From: Robiginitomaculum sp.
Lineage (GTDB): Bacteria; Pseudomonadota; Alphaproteobacteria; Caulobacterales; Maricaulaceae
Length of the DNA stretch: 27,818 bases
Direction of reading: 5' to 3'
Assembly (NCBI GenBank): GCA_016765255.1
Contig: JAESQI010000200.1
Location: 1-27,818 of the forward strand
In this document: positions 17,148 through 26,478 of the stretch, piece after piece
How positions within the stretch are numbered: the first letter of the stretch is position 1
How the letters are laid out: the number at the start of each line of letters is the position of its first letter
Notes under the pieces: model-generated
What the model was told of the DNA's origin: nothing
Seen by the model: only the letters and a program-made list of their open reading frames with translations
The model's database searches: none
Program-made: the position numbers and the translations under genes

Positions 17148-18596
17148 ATGCCGGATTTAAGACCAGTTTTATTTGTTGTTGGACTGATGATTACGGCGTT
17201 GGGGGTTATCATGTTCATCCCCATGGCCGTGGGACTTGCCTATAATGATGACAGTTGGAATGCCTTTGCCACGTCTGGGTTTATCACCAGTTTACTCGGC
17301 TCTATCATGGCGCTTGCCAGTTATGCACCCAAAGCAAATCTACGGGCCAGAGGGGCCTTTTTGCTCACCACATTTTCTTGGATTGCCTTGTCCTTTTTTG
17401 CCGCCCTTCCCTTGTTAATCGCTTCTATTGGCCTTGATGTCACCGATGCTTTGTTTGAAGCAGTGTCTGGGATTACGACAACGGGCGCCACCGTCATGAC
17501 TGGGCTTGACGACGCGCCCAAGGCCATTTTGATCTGGCGCGCCATTTTACAATGGATAGGCGGCATCGGGATCATCGTGACCGCCATGGCTATTTTGCCC
17601 ATGCTCAATATTGGCGGTATGCAACTCTTTCGCATGGAAAGCTCGGACATGGGCGAAAAAATTCTGCCCAAAGCCGCAAGCCTCGCCGCCGCAATCGGGA
17701 TGATCTATTTACTTCTGACCATTGCCTGTGCTGTCGGATACGGCCTCGTCGGGATGAATGCATTTGACGCCATCGCCCACGCTATGACAACTATTGCAAC
17801 AGGTGGATATTCCACGTCCGATGCCTCCCTCGGTGGATTTATGGACGACGGAGCTGACCTGGTTGCCATTGCGTTTATGCTCGCAGGCGCGCTCCCCTTT
17901 GGGGTTTATCTTTTATCATGGCAAAGAAATTTCAAGCCCGCATTTTCTGATCCACAAATGCGCGGGTTCTTACTGATCGTAACGTTACTGATCGCTGTCA
18001 TCACCTATTATCTATGGAGTAATAGTATTGAAACCGGCAGCCACGCTCTGCGCCTCAGCGCGTTTAATGTGGTCTCGATTATCACGGGGACGGGCTTTGC
18101 AACTGCCGATTATAATCTATGGGGCCCATTTGCCGTGTCGGCTTTCTTTGTTTTTATGTTCATTGGTGGCTGTGCGGGCTCGACCGCATGTTCTATAAAA
18201 ATATTTCGCTATCAAGTGGCCTTTGAAGCCTTACGGGCATATCTGTTTAAAATGCCCAGACACCACGCCGTTGTCACCATGCGCTATGGGGGTAAAGTAT
18301 TACCAAACACTGTTGTATATTCAGTCATGGGGTTTTTCTTTTTGTTTTTCACATGCTTTGCCATTACGGCGATTATACTGTCCATGTTGGGCCTAGACGC
18401 TATCACCGCTTGGTCGGGGGCTGCCAGTGCCATAGCCAATGTGGGGCCTGGGCTTGGCGACATTATTGGGCCAGCAGGAACCTACCAATCTTTGCCCGAT
18501 AGCGCCAAATGGGTGTTAATGCTCAGCATGATTGTCGGTCGTTTGGAAATCATTACAGCGTTGGTTTTACTCACGCCGTCCTTTTGGCGCGCTTAG
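17148..18596 (+). CDS. trkH: TrkH family potassium uptake membrane protein
   Basis: From ATG 17148. Pore-loop motifs FEAVSGITTTGAT, LQWIGGIG, IATGGYST, ITGTGF, FIGGCAGST, IANVGPGLG, MIVGRLEI. Confidence 0.95.
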   Translation: MPDLRPVLFVVGLMITALGVIMFIPMAVGLAYNDDSWNAFATSGFITSLLGSIMALASYAPKANLRARGAFLLTTFSWIALSFFAALPLLIASIGLDVTDALFEAVSGITTTGATVMTGLDDAPKAILIWRAILQWIGGIGIIVTAMAILPMLNIGGMQLFRMESSDMGEKILPKAASLAAAIGMIYLLLTIACAVGYGLVGMNAFDAIAHAMTTIATGGYSTSDASLGGFMDDGADLVAIAFMLAGALPFGVYLLSWQRNFKPAFSDPQMRGFLLIVTLLIAVITYYLWSNSIETGSHALRLSAFNVVSIITGTGFATADYNLWGPFAVSAFFVFMFIGGCAGSTACSIKIFRYQVAFEALRAYLFKMPRHHAVVTMRYGGKVLPNTVVYSVMGFFFLFFTCFAITAIILSMLGLDAITAWSGAASAIANVGPGLGDIIGPAGTYQSLPDSAKWVLMLSMIVGRLEIITALVLLTPSFWRA

Positions 18597-18605
18597 AAAC
18601 AGGGC

Positions 18606-19508
18606 CTAAAGATCAGCCTGAGCAAAGGTATAATCCGTGCCGCAATATTCGCAATTGGCGGTGATTTTACCGTCTTTCATCATGTCGCCAATCGCCGCCG
18701 CGTCAAAACTTTTAAGGGTGTTGTGCAGACGATCCCGAGAACATGAACATTGGGCAAATATATCTTTTGGCTCAAGACGACTGACCCCTTGTTCGTGAAA
18801 AAGGCGGTAGAGCAGATTGTCAGAAGACAAATCTGGATCAAGGAGTTCAGCCGCGCTTACCGTTGCCATAACGGCCTTGGCCATATCCCAAGCCTCAGAG
18901 GCGTCGCCCCGCGCCGAATCGCCTGCAATGCGCTGCACCATCAATCCGCCGCCGCGCCATTTAAGTTCTTGCCCCGCCATTTGGTGCTGGCCAACCGCCA
19001 ATTTTACGCGTGTTGGAATTTGTTCGCTTTGGGCAAAATAATGCTCAGCACAATCTCCTAAGCTTTCCCCTTCAATGGCGGACAAACCTTGATACCTGTC
19101 CATGTCCTTACCTTGATCAATGGTCATAGCGAATGTCCCACCGCCCAAGAGCGTATGCGCATCTGGGTGTTGGTTTTCGCCTAGAATACGCGCTAAAGAC
19201 GACTGGTCAAAGCGAGCATAGGCCCGCACATCTCCGCCCGTTGTACACTCAGCCGTGAGCATGGAAATCGCCCCGTCATTGGTACCGTGGGCTTGCACAA
19301 ATAACCGCCCTTCGAATTTTAGTGTGCGCGCCACAAGTGCGCTAATGAGAATAGCTTCGCCTAAAATGCGGGCCACAGCAGGCGGGTAGCGGTCGTGACC
19401 AAGGGCCGCATCTAAAACATCGCCAAGCCGTATGACCCGCCCGCGCACTTGACCATCGCCAATTCGTACCGGCGCAGTCTGATTGTCATGCATTACATGT
19501 TCGCTCAT
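18606..19508 (-). CDS. hslO: Hsp33 redox-regulated chaperone
   Basis: [20 protein letters not shown], zinc motif CSCSR...CEYCG. Confidence 0.95.
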   Translation of the reverse strand: MSEHVMHDNQTAPVRIGDGQVRGRVIRLGDVLDAALGHDRYPPAVARILGEAILISALVARTLKFEGRLFVQAHGTNDGAISMLTAECTTGGDVRAYARFDQSSLARILGENQHPDAHTLLGGGTFAMTIDQGKDMDRYQGLSAIEGESLGDCAEHYFAQSEQIPTRVKLAVGQHQMAGQELKWRGGGLMVQRIAGDSARGDASEAWDMAKAVMATVSAAELLDPDLSSDNLLYRLFHEQGVSRLEPKDIFAQCSCSRDRLHNTLKSFDAAAIGDMMKDGKITANCEYCGTDYTFAQADL

Positions 19509-20437
19509 GTGTCGAGGCAGTATTTCAAGATCGCTTTTTGTGCGTGGAGGCGGTTTTCGGCTTCGTCAAATACAGCAGAACGCGGCCCATCAATCACGCT
19601 TGCGCTCACTTCCTCGCCCCTATGGGCTGGTAAGCAATGTAAAAACAGGGCGTCCGAAGCTGCCGTTGACATCAACTCATCATTGACTTGCCAATCGGCC
19701 AAATCAGCCAAACGCTGCTTCTTGTCCGAATCCCCCATAGACACCCATGTATCCGCAATCACCACATCTGTGCTGGCACATGCATTTTTCGGATCCCCAA
19801 TGATTTCGATTTTTGCGCCTGCACTTCTAGCCCGTTCCACATCTTGGCCCCGAACTTGATAATTTTGCGGACATGAGAGTACCAATCTATACCCGAATTT
19901 TGCCGCGCCATTAACAAAACTCATGGCGACATTATTGCCGTCCCCAACCCACGTTAGTGAAAGGCCGCGCAAATCCCGCCCCTGTTCTTCTAGGGTTTGT
20001 AAGTCTGCCATTATCTGGCAAGGATGATTATAATCGGTCAAGCCATTAATAACAGGAACGCTGGCACTATGGGCCAGAGCGGTTATAGTATCGTGAGAAT
20101 TGGCCCGCAACATAATCCCGTCCACAAAACGTGATAATACCTGTGCTGTGTCCTCGATGGTCTCGCCGCGCCCGAGCTGCATGTCATTTGAGCTGGCGGT
20201 AATGCTGGATCCGCCCAATTGGCGCATCCCCATATCAAATGAAAAGCGGGTACGAGTTGAGCTTTTCTCAAACAACATGGCCACCGTATATCCAGATAAC
20301 GGCGCGTCCGCGTCCACTTTTCCTTTTGGATATCCAGTTCGTGCTTTTTTGCGTACGTGTGCTTCGTCTAAAATTGCCCGAAGCTCACTGGCGGGAATAT
20401 CTGCGAGAGAGAGAAAATGTTTAATGGGTGAAGTCAT
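19505..20437 (-). CDS. argF: Ornithine carbamoyltransferase
   Basis: From ATG 20437 ([11 protein letters not shown]), overlapping the argD end. [50 protein letters not shown]. Confidence 0.96.
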   Translation of the reverse strand: MTSPIKHFLSLADIPASELRAILDEAHVRKKARTGYPKGKVDADAPLSGYTVAMLFEKSSTRTRFSFDMGMRQLGGSSITASSNDMQLGRGETIEDTAQVLSRFVDGIMLRANSHDTITALAHSASVPVINGLTDYNHPCQIMADLQTLEEQGRDLRGLSLTWVGDGNNVAMSFVNGAAKFGYRLVLSCPQNYQVRGQDVERARSAGAKIEIIGDPKNACASTDVVIADTWVSMGDSDKKQRLADLADWQVNDELMSTAASDALFLHCLPAHRGEEVSASVIDGPRSAVFDEAENRLHAQKAILKYCLDT

Positions 20438-21623
20438 CCATCTCTTTCGCTTGCGTAAAAACTTTGTCCAAAATTTCGATGGCTTCGCGTACATGTTCTT
20501 CTGTGATGATGAGAGGCGGCACCATACGCAACACATTATCCCCTGCATTGCCAACCAGTAAATGATTATCACGCGCCAAATTACGCACATCGAGCGCCTT
20601 TTTCTTAAGCTGCATACCGCACAATAAACCTTTGCCGCGCACCTCTTTGACCACATCGGGATGGGAGTCTTTTAGGGCGGCAAATTGTTGACTAAGATAG
20701 TTACCGACCTTAACCACATTGGCCGAAAGAGCTGGGTCAGTGAGTTCGTCGAAGACGGCATTGCCTACGGCCATAGCGAGGGGCCCACCGCCGTAAGTAG
20801 AGCCGTGTGTGCCAATGACCATGCCCTCCGCAGCCCGTTCTGTCGCCAGACATGCCCCCATCGGGAAACCGCCACCCATGCCTTTGGCAACGGCCATAAC
20901 GTCAGGATCCGCCGCGCCGTCTGCCCATTGATGGGCGAATAATTTACCGGTGCGACCCGCGCCGCACTGCACTTCGTCGTAAATCAACAGCAAGCCATGT
21001 TCATCACAAAGAGACCGAACATCTTTGAGAAATTGTACCGATAGAGGCCGTACGCCCCCTTCGCCCTGAACGGGTTCAAGCAAAACTGCCGCCGTATTTT
21101 CGTTGACCGCATTTTTAATGGCGTCCAAATCATCAAAGGGTAGATTAGTAAAGCCTGGCATAATCGGGCCAAAGCCTTCCATATATTTTGGATTGCCGCC
21201 CGCATTTATCGTCGCCATAGTGCGACCATGAAATGCGCCTTTGCAGGTCAGGATTTCGTAGCGCTCCTCGTGACCTTCGACAAATTGACAGCGCCGCGCC
21301 GTCTTAATCGCCGTCTCAACCGCTTCTGCACCCGAATTGGTAAAAAATACTTTATCGGCAAATGTGGCGGCGCAATATTTTTCAGCCAACTCAAATTGCC
21401 CAGGTACACGAAACATGCCCGATACATGCAAAATTTTATCCGCTTGCTCTTTAATCGCAGTTACGATGGACGGATGCCCATGTCCCAGACCGTTAACCGC
21501 AATGCCTGCGATAAAGTCCAAATATTTTTCACCGCTCTCCGTATAGAGATAAGCCCCTTCACCGCGCACAAATTCTTGGGGCGGGGGGGCGTAACAGTTA
21601 TAAATATGGTCATTTGCAGACAT
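20421..21623 (-). CDS. argD: Acetylornithine aminotransferase (class III PLP enzyme)
   Basis: [49 protein letters not shown] Lys in [16 protein letters not shown]. Directly upstream of argF. Confidence 0.95.
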   Translation of the reverse strand: MSANDHIYNCYAPPPQEFVRGEGAYLYTESGEKYLDFIAGIAVNGLGHGHPSIVTAIKEQADKILHVSGMFRVPGQFELAEKYCAATFADKVFFTNSGAEAVETAIKTARRCQFVEGHEERYEILTCKGAFHGRTMATINAGGNPKYMEGFGPIMPGFTNLPFDDLDAIKNAVNENTAAVLLEPVQGEGGVRPLSVQFLKDVRSLCDEHGLLLIYDEVQCGAGRTGKLFAHQWADGAADPDVMAVAKGMGGGFPMGACLATERAAEGMVIGTHGSTYGGGPLAMAVGNAVFDELTDPALSANVVKVGNYLSQQFAALKDSHPDVVKEVRGKGLLCGMQLKKKALDVRNLARDNHLLVGNAGDNVLRMVPPLIITEEHVREAIEILDKVFTQAKEMDDFTH

Positions 21624-21639
21624 TTGGGATTCCTTATAT

Positions 21640-22470
21640 TTAGGCTTTGAGCCGCCAACCTGATTTTAGCACTGAGAGACACACGACAAATAAAACAACA
21701 TTAAGAATGGATGTATAGAGCACACCGATCATTATATTCCCGTCCGCAGTCCCAAGAAAACCGTAGCGAAACCCGTCTATGAAATAAAACAACGGATTGG
21801 CAAATGATATTTTTTGCATGAAGACGGGCAATTGATCAATATGGTAAAATGTACCCGAGAGAAAACTTAACGGCAGGATGACAAATTGATTGACGACAGC
21901 CAGCTGGTCAAATTTCTCGGCCCACACCCCTGACAATAAACCAACCATTGATAAGGCCAAAGCGGCGGACAGGCCAAAATATATCACGGCCCACCACTGG
22001 GCGGGCCAAAGCACGGCAAATAGCGACAACGCGAATGTCGTAGCAATAGCAACGAGCACGCCCCGCGTGACTGCGCCGGCAATATAGCCGATTGCCAATC
22101 CGAGGGCTGAAAGCGGCGGCATCAACACATCCACAATACTGCCCATCACCTTGCCCGTCATAATGGACGAGGATGAATTGGCTGATGCATTATTTAAAAT
22201 GCCTAGCATGATCAATCCCGGAATCAAAAACCGGATGAATTCTTGTGGGCCTTCGGCGCGGTTTTGCGCAAAGGCCACCACAAATACGGTCATATACAGC
22301 AAATTTGAAACCACAGGGGCGAGGAGGGTTTGCGGCCCGACCTTCATAAATCGGCGCACTTCTTTTTTATAAAGCGTCCACAGCCCGAGCCAGTTTACAA
22401 GGCCAAATTGCCGTGTTGTTGGCCCTGCTACAGAGGGAAGCTTTTGAATGTTTTTTATGTTCACCGTCAC
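21640..22470 (-). CDS. ABC-2 type transporter permease (YadH-like)
   Basis: LYKKEVRRF, FLIPGLIMLG, VLMPPLS, PLSFLSGTFY, NPLFYFIDGFRYGF. About six TM segments. GTG start with GGAG RBS. Confidence 0.9.
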   Translation of the reverse strand: MTVNIKNIQKLPSVAGPTTRQFGLVNWLGLWTLYKKEVRRFMKVGPQTLLAPVVSNLLYMTVFVVAFAQNRAEGPQEFIRFLIPGLIMLGILNNASANSSSSIMTGKVMGSIVDVLMPPLSALGLAIGYIAGAVTRGVLVAIATTFALSLFAVLWPAQWWAVIYFGLSAALALSMVGLLSGVWAEKFDQLAVVNQFVILPLSFLSGTFYHIDQLPVFMQKISFANPLFYFIDGFRYGFLGTADGNIMIGVLYTSILNVVLFVVCLSVLKSGWRLKA

Positions 22471-22613
22471 TCTTGGCTCCGTAAATAAACGCCAAACTGC
22501 GCCTGATCCACTCTTATCGCTCTATCATGGCATTTCACCCCCGCCAAGCCGAAAAAAGTGGATTTTTAAAAATATCGGAGCCGCCTCATTTGTCATCATT
22601 ACATCATAATACA

Positions 22614-22742
22614 ACACAACATATAGAAATCTGTGGATAGTTAGAACAGCTATCTTGTATATAACTGTAAAACAGATACGATATGTTGTAATAAAGTGCG
22701 ATGTTATCAGCAATAACAAGCTCTAACCACTATATATGGTAT
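22614..22742. promoter_or_regulatory. Array of NrdR-box-like palindromes upstream of gcrA
   Basis: 10-nt cores: CAACATATAG (22617), AGCTATCTTG (22648, weak), CGATATGTTG (22679), CAATAACAAG (22711, weak), CTATATATGG (22730), compared with the NrdR core CwAtATaTwG. Confidence 0.5.
22632..22640 (-). promoter_or_regulatory. DnaA box-like 9-mer in the gcrA upstream region
   Basis: Plus strand TGTGGATAG equals CTATCCACA on the minus strand, 8 of 9 to TTATCCACA. DnaA is a known activator of gcrA in Caulobacter. Confidence 0.5.
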
Positions 22743-22807
22743 GTGGCACTCTAGTCACATGATAATGTGCGATATGCATACGGCGAATTTGCAAGGGGGA
22801 TTAACCA

Positions 22808-23314
22808 ATGGCGACGTGGACAGAAGACCGGGTAGAAACGCTTTCAAAGCTTTGGGCTGACGGCCTGAGCGCAAGTCAAATTGCCAAAATATTAGGCGAA
22901 GTGACGCGCAATGCTGTTATCGGCAAAGTTCACCGCCTTGGCCTATCTGGTCGGGTTAAAAAATCTAAGCAAGCCAAGCGTATGCCCCGAACAACAACTG
23001 CGAAAGCCCGTACCACCAGTCCAAGTGCGCCGCGTATGCCGAGACGCATGGCCGCAACACCTGCCCCCGTTCCCCTAGAAGCCAAAAAACTTCCCAACGG
23101 GGAATTTGCCAATATTATGACCATTACAGATCATATGTGCAAATGGCCACTTGGGGATCCATCCAGTTCAGATTTCCGTTTTTGCGGACGCGGAGCGGAC
23201 AAGGGCGACCCTTATTGCAAAGCCCATTCGCAAGTCGCCTACCAACCCGCCCGTCGACGCGGTGTGCCAAGCCCTGCTCTACTTGCGCAAAATAAACGAC
23301 GCGCTCTGCGTTAG
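22808..23314 (+). CDS. gcrA: GcrA cell cycle regulator
   Basis: WTEDRVETLSKLWADGLSASQIA..LG.VTRNAVIGKVHRLGL and C-terminal CKWPLGDP..FRFCG..PYCKAH..AYQ. Divergent from the ABC permease-argD-argF block. Confidence 0.97.
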   Translation: MATWTEDRVETLSKLWADGLSASQIAKILGEVTRNAVIGKVHRLGLSGRVKKSKQAKRMPRTTTAKARTTSPSAPRMPRRMAATPAPVPLEAKKLPNGEFANIMTITDHMCKWPLGDPSSSDFRFCGRGADKGDPYCKAHSQVAYQPARRRGVPSPALLAQNKRRALR

Positions 23315-23374
23315 GCGCACTGCATTTTCAAATTTTGTAATTACATTTATTTATCGTTTTTCAATAATAATTGA

Positions 23375-23402
23375 TTGACTCTCGTTATGAAATTGCTATG
23401 TT
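23375..23402 (+). promoter_or_regulatory. Candidate sigma70 promoter of the efflux genes, with a GANTC site over the -35
   Basis: TTGACT (23375-23380), 16 nt spacer, TATGTT (23397-23402). GACTC at 23377-23381. Confidence 0.45.
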
Positions 23403-23417
23403 GCCCTTAAAGGAGCG

Positions 23418-24926
23418 ATGATTGTGCAAATTTATGCGAAATGTTTATTGTTAACTGTGAGCTTGGCGACATTGTCGGCATGCGCCAGCATAAATATGGG
23501 TCAGGGTTCCGCAAATAAGGGCGTTGGAACACTGGCGCAGCAGAGTAACGTTCCGCAGCCTCCAATCAATGCAAAAACTGGCATTCAAACTTGGGTGGAA
23601 ACAGCGCCTGAGCGGTTGCCGTCTACGAACTGGGTTGGGAATTTCAACGATTCCATGCTTAACGACCTCATCGCAGAAGCCATGCTTGCCAATACGGATG
23701 TACGCGGCGCTCAGGCGCGTTTAATGGCGGCAGAAGCGAGTGCGGCATCTTCGCGGTCTGGGCTCTATCCAAATATTGGGGTCAATGCGAATGCCAGCCG
23801 CAATGAGAGTATTAGCGGCAATATTCCAGGCTCAACCAGTTTCAGCCTTGGCGGATCTGCCAGCTGGGAAGTTGATATGTGGGGCCGTATTCGAGGTCAA
23901 GCAGATGCAGGCGATTTAGACGCCCAAGCTTCCAATGCTGATTATGCGGGCACACGCTTGGCAATCGCGGGGGCAACGACCCAAACATGGTTTAATTTGA
24001 TCGAAGCAAGGCTGCAAACAGATTTGGCCACACGTAATGTGAAAACCCAAGAACGGGCTTTACGGCTCACAAAAAGGCGTTTTGACGGCGGTATATCAGG
24101 CTCATCCGATTACCGACTTGCCCGTTCAGCCCTCGCCAATGCCAATGCCAGCTTGGCGGCGCGCAAACAAATTCAAAATTCTACAACGCGGCAATTAGAA
24201 ACCCTTCTGCGCCGTTATCCCGAAGACGCTCTCAAAGCTCGAAATACCTTGCCAGACCTTCCCTCACTAAACGGTGTTGATGGACCGCAGGATATTTTTC
24301 TGCGGCGCCCTGACCTGCTCGCTGCCGAGCGGCGTATGCAGGCGGCTGGAATTCGGGTTGATATTGCTAAGAAAAATCTATTACCACGCCTCACTTTGAC
24401 TGGTTCAGCGTCGTCAAATGGCAGTTCATTGACACGTCTTTTTAGCCTCAATGCTTTAGCCGCCTCACTGGCCAGCGGTTTAACGGCACCCGTGTTTCAA
24501 GGCGGCGCTCTTCGGGCAGATATAGCCCGCAATGAAGCCAATTTACGTCTACAAATGGAAAACTATGCGGGCATTGCATTAACTGCCTACCGGGAAGTAG
24601 AAAACGGACTTGACGCAGAGGGTTTGCTCTCTGAACGCGTCGCGGCCCTGACTATTTCACTCGACGAAGCCCAAAAGGCGGAAGAACGGTTGGAACAACG
24701 TTTTAGTGAAGGCTTGGCCAGTATTTTACAATTACTGGACGCCCAATCACGACGTATTAGTACAGAAGGGCAATTGATCAGTGCACGCAAAGAAAGACTT
24801 GCAAATCGGGTCAGGCTACATTTGGCGCTTGGGGGCGGTTTATATGGTCAAGAATTGGCGAGAGAGAAACACCCAAAACCAAGTTTGATTTTGCCAAAAT
24901 TTGCACAGCTGACAGACCGTCCATAA
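23418..24926 (+). CDS. Outer membrane efflux lipoprotein (NodT/OprM family)
   Basis: Lipobox LSA-C, two outer-membrane efflux repeats (SWEVDMWGRIR, RRPDLLAAERR, YP/LPRLTLTG, APVFQGG, LHLALGGG). AAGGAG RBS. Confidence 0.94.
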   Translation: MIVQIYAKCLLLTVSLATLSACASINMGQGSANKGVGTLAQQSNVPQPPINAKTGIQTWVETAPERLPSTNWVGNFNDSMLNDLIAEAMLANTDVRGAQARLMAAEASAASSRSGLYPNIGVNANASRNESISGNIPGSTSFSLGGSASWEVDMWGRIRGQADAGDLDAQASNADYAGTRLAIAGATTQTWFNLIEARLQTDLATRNVKTQERALRLTKRRFDGGISGSSDYRLARSALANANASLAARKQIQNSTTRQLETLLRRYPEDALKARNTLPDLPSLNGVDGPQDIFLRRPDLLAAERRMQAAGIRVDIAKKNLLPRLTLTGSASSNGSSLTRLFSLNALAASLASGLTAPVFQGGALRADIARNEANLRLQMENYAGIALTAYREVENGLDAEGLLSERVAALTISLDEAQKAEERLEQRFSEGLASILQLLDAQSRRISTEGQLISARKERLANRVRLHLALGGGLYGQELAREKHPKPSLILPKFAQLTDRP

Positions 24927-25038
24927 CCGTATCTAAGAATGTGGTATTGGTGAAACGCTTGCAATAAAATGAAGAAGGCGTAAAACTATGCCCGTGCATT
25001 TTGTGCGCGTGCATATATTATTGTGGTAGGATATACAA

Positions 25039-26478
25039 ATGAAAATTAAAGTTGGCGACCGAAAATTGGGTATTGGCGGAATCATTTTGCGCGTGCTCAT
25101 CCCTATTTTCATCATTATAGCGTTCATAATTTTTTCATCCATACTTAAGGGTATGAAAAAAGAACCGGAAATCAAAAAACGTAAAAGCCCTATTTTAGCC
25201 GTTTTGGCCACACCAGCCGTATCTGATACGGTGCAACTCACAGTTACTGTGCAAGGGGAAACACGGCCTCGTACCGAAATCGACCTTGTTCCAGAAGTCG
25301 CAGGCAAAATCGTATATGTGTCGCCTAAGTTTTTAACGGGCGGTTTGTTTAATAAAGGGGATGTCCTCTACCGTATTGACCCTGCCGATTATAAGGTTGC
25401 GATTATCAAAAGTAATGCCGCCATTGCGCGCGCCCAGCAAGTGTTGATCCGTGAACAGGCGGAAGGGGATATTGCCCTGCAAGACTGGCAAGACCTTGGC
25501 CAAGGTCAAGCCTCTGACCTGACCTTGCGCAAACCCCAGCTTTTGGAAGCGCAAGCCAACCTCCAATCTGCGCAAGCCGATCTCGAAAATGCACGACTAC
25601 GCCTTGCGCGCACGGACGTAAAAGCGCCCTTTGATGGGCGTGTTCGTGAAAAACTGGCCGATTTGGGGCAATATATCAACCCTGGTTCAAAATTAGGGCG
25701 CATATTTTCAACCGATGTTGCGGAAATACGTCTCGCATTGAGTGACGCGGATTTAAGCCGCCTTAACCTCCCCATTGCCTTTGTTGCAAAATCGAGGGCT
25801 TCCGCCCCAAAAGTGCATTTTAGCACAATTATTGGCGGCAAATTACGGGAATGGGACGGGCATATTATGCGCACGGCCTCTACATATGACACACAAACCC
25901 GTTCGCTTTTCGCCATTGCCGAAGTTGTAGACCCGTACGGAAAAGGCGCAGCGACGGGTGGCTACCCTCTCGCACCGGGCCTATTTGTCGACGCGCAAAT
26001 TGCAGGTAAAACCATGGAAAATATCATTGTCATTCCACGCGATGGCCTACGTCCAGAAAACAAAATATACGTGGTCAATAAAGACGGCATTGCCGAAAGC
26101 CGAAACGCGGGTGTTTTAGATGTCAATCCAAACCGCGCTGTTATTGCCAGCGGGTTGAGCGTTGGAGAATTGGTTATTTTATCACCGCTCGAAAAATCCC
26201 AAATCAGTCTGCGTTTTAAAGCCCTTGATGTGAATGACCCGAGCAAGGTTCTGGTTGAACCAAAGGTTGAAAAGAAAGAGGATGATAAAAAAGAGGTGTT
26301 AACGGGCAAAGAGCTGCGCACCCAACAAGCCAATGAAAAACAAAAGCTGAAGAAAAAACACAAAATGGAATTGATCAAAGCCAAAAAACAAATGGCCGAA
26401 GCAAAAAAAGGCAAGTCCAAAAAAGGTAAATCCAAAAAATCCAACTCTAAAGAGGCAAGCACTGCGGGAGCGAAATAA
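25039..26478 (+). CDS. RND efflux periplasmic adaptor (membrane fusion protein) with Lys-rich C-terminal tail
   Basis: N-terminal TM anchor, PEVAGKIV lipoyl half, coiled-coil hairpin, VKAPFDGRV, PGLFVDA, IPRDGL. Confidence 0.93.
   Translation: MKIKVGDRKLGIGGIILRVLIPIFIIIAFIIFSSILKGMKKEPEIKKRKSPILAVLATPAVSDTVQLTVTVQGETRPRTEIDLVPEVAGKIVYVSPKFLTGGLFNKGDVLYRIDPADYKVAIIKSNAAIARAQQVLIREQAEGDIALQDWQDLGQGQASDLTLRKPQLLEAQANLQSAQADLENARLRLARTDVKAPFDGRVREKLADLGQYINPGSKLGRIFSTDVAEIRLALSDADLSRLNLPIAFVAKSRASAPKVHFSTIIGGKLREWDGHIMRTASTYDTQTRSLFAIAEVVDPYGKGAATGGYPLAPGLFVDAQIAGKTMENIIVIPRDGLRPENKIYVVNKDGIAESRNAGVLDVNPNRAVIASGLSVGELVILSPLEKSQISLRFKALDVNDPSKVLVEPKVEKKEDDKKEVLTGKELRTQQANEKQKLKKKHKMELIKAKKQMAEAKKGKSKKGKSKKSNSKEASTAGAK
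26404..26442 (+). repeat. Coding 15-nt tandem repeat (KKGKS KKGKS KKS)
   Basis: AAAAAAGGCAAGTCC AAAAAAGGTAAATCC AAAAAATCC, in frame within the adaptor tail. Confidence 0.8.

Noticed and set aside
20438-20656. Cys-rich 73-aa N-terminal extension of argF
   Set aside because: An out-of-frame overlap with the argD 3' end. OTCase similarity starts at ATG 20437.
22525-22719. Minus-strand 64-aa ORF in the gcrA spacer
   Set aside because: No RBS or family features. The composition reflects AT-rich regulatory DNA.
22801-22807. TTAACCA next to the gcrA start as a CtrA site
   Set aside because: Only a half site, located between the RBS and ATG, with no TTAA partner at 7 nt.
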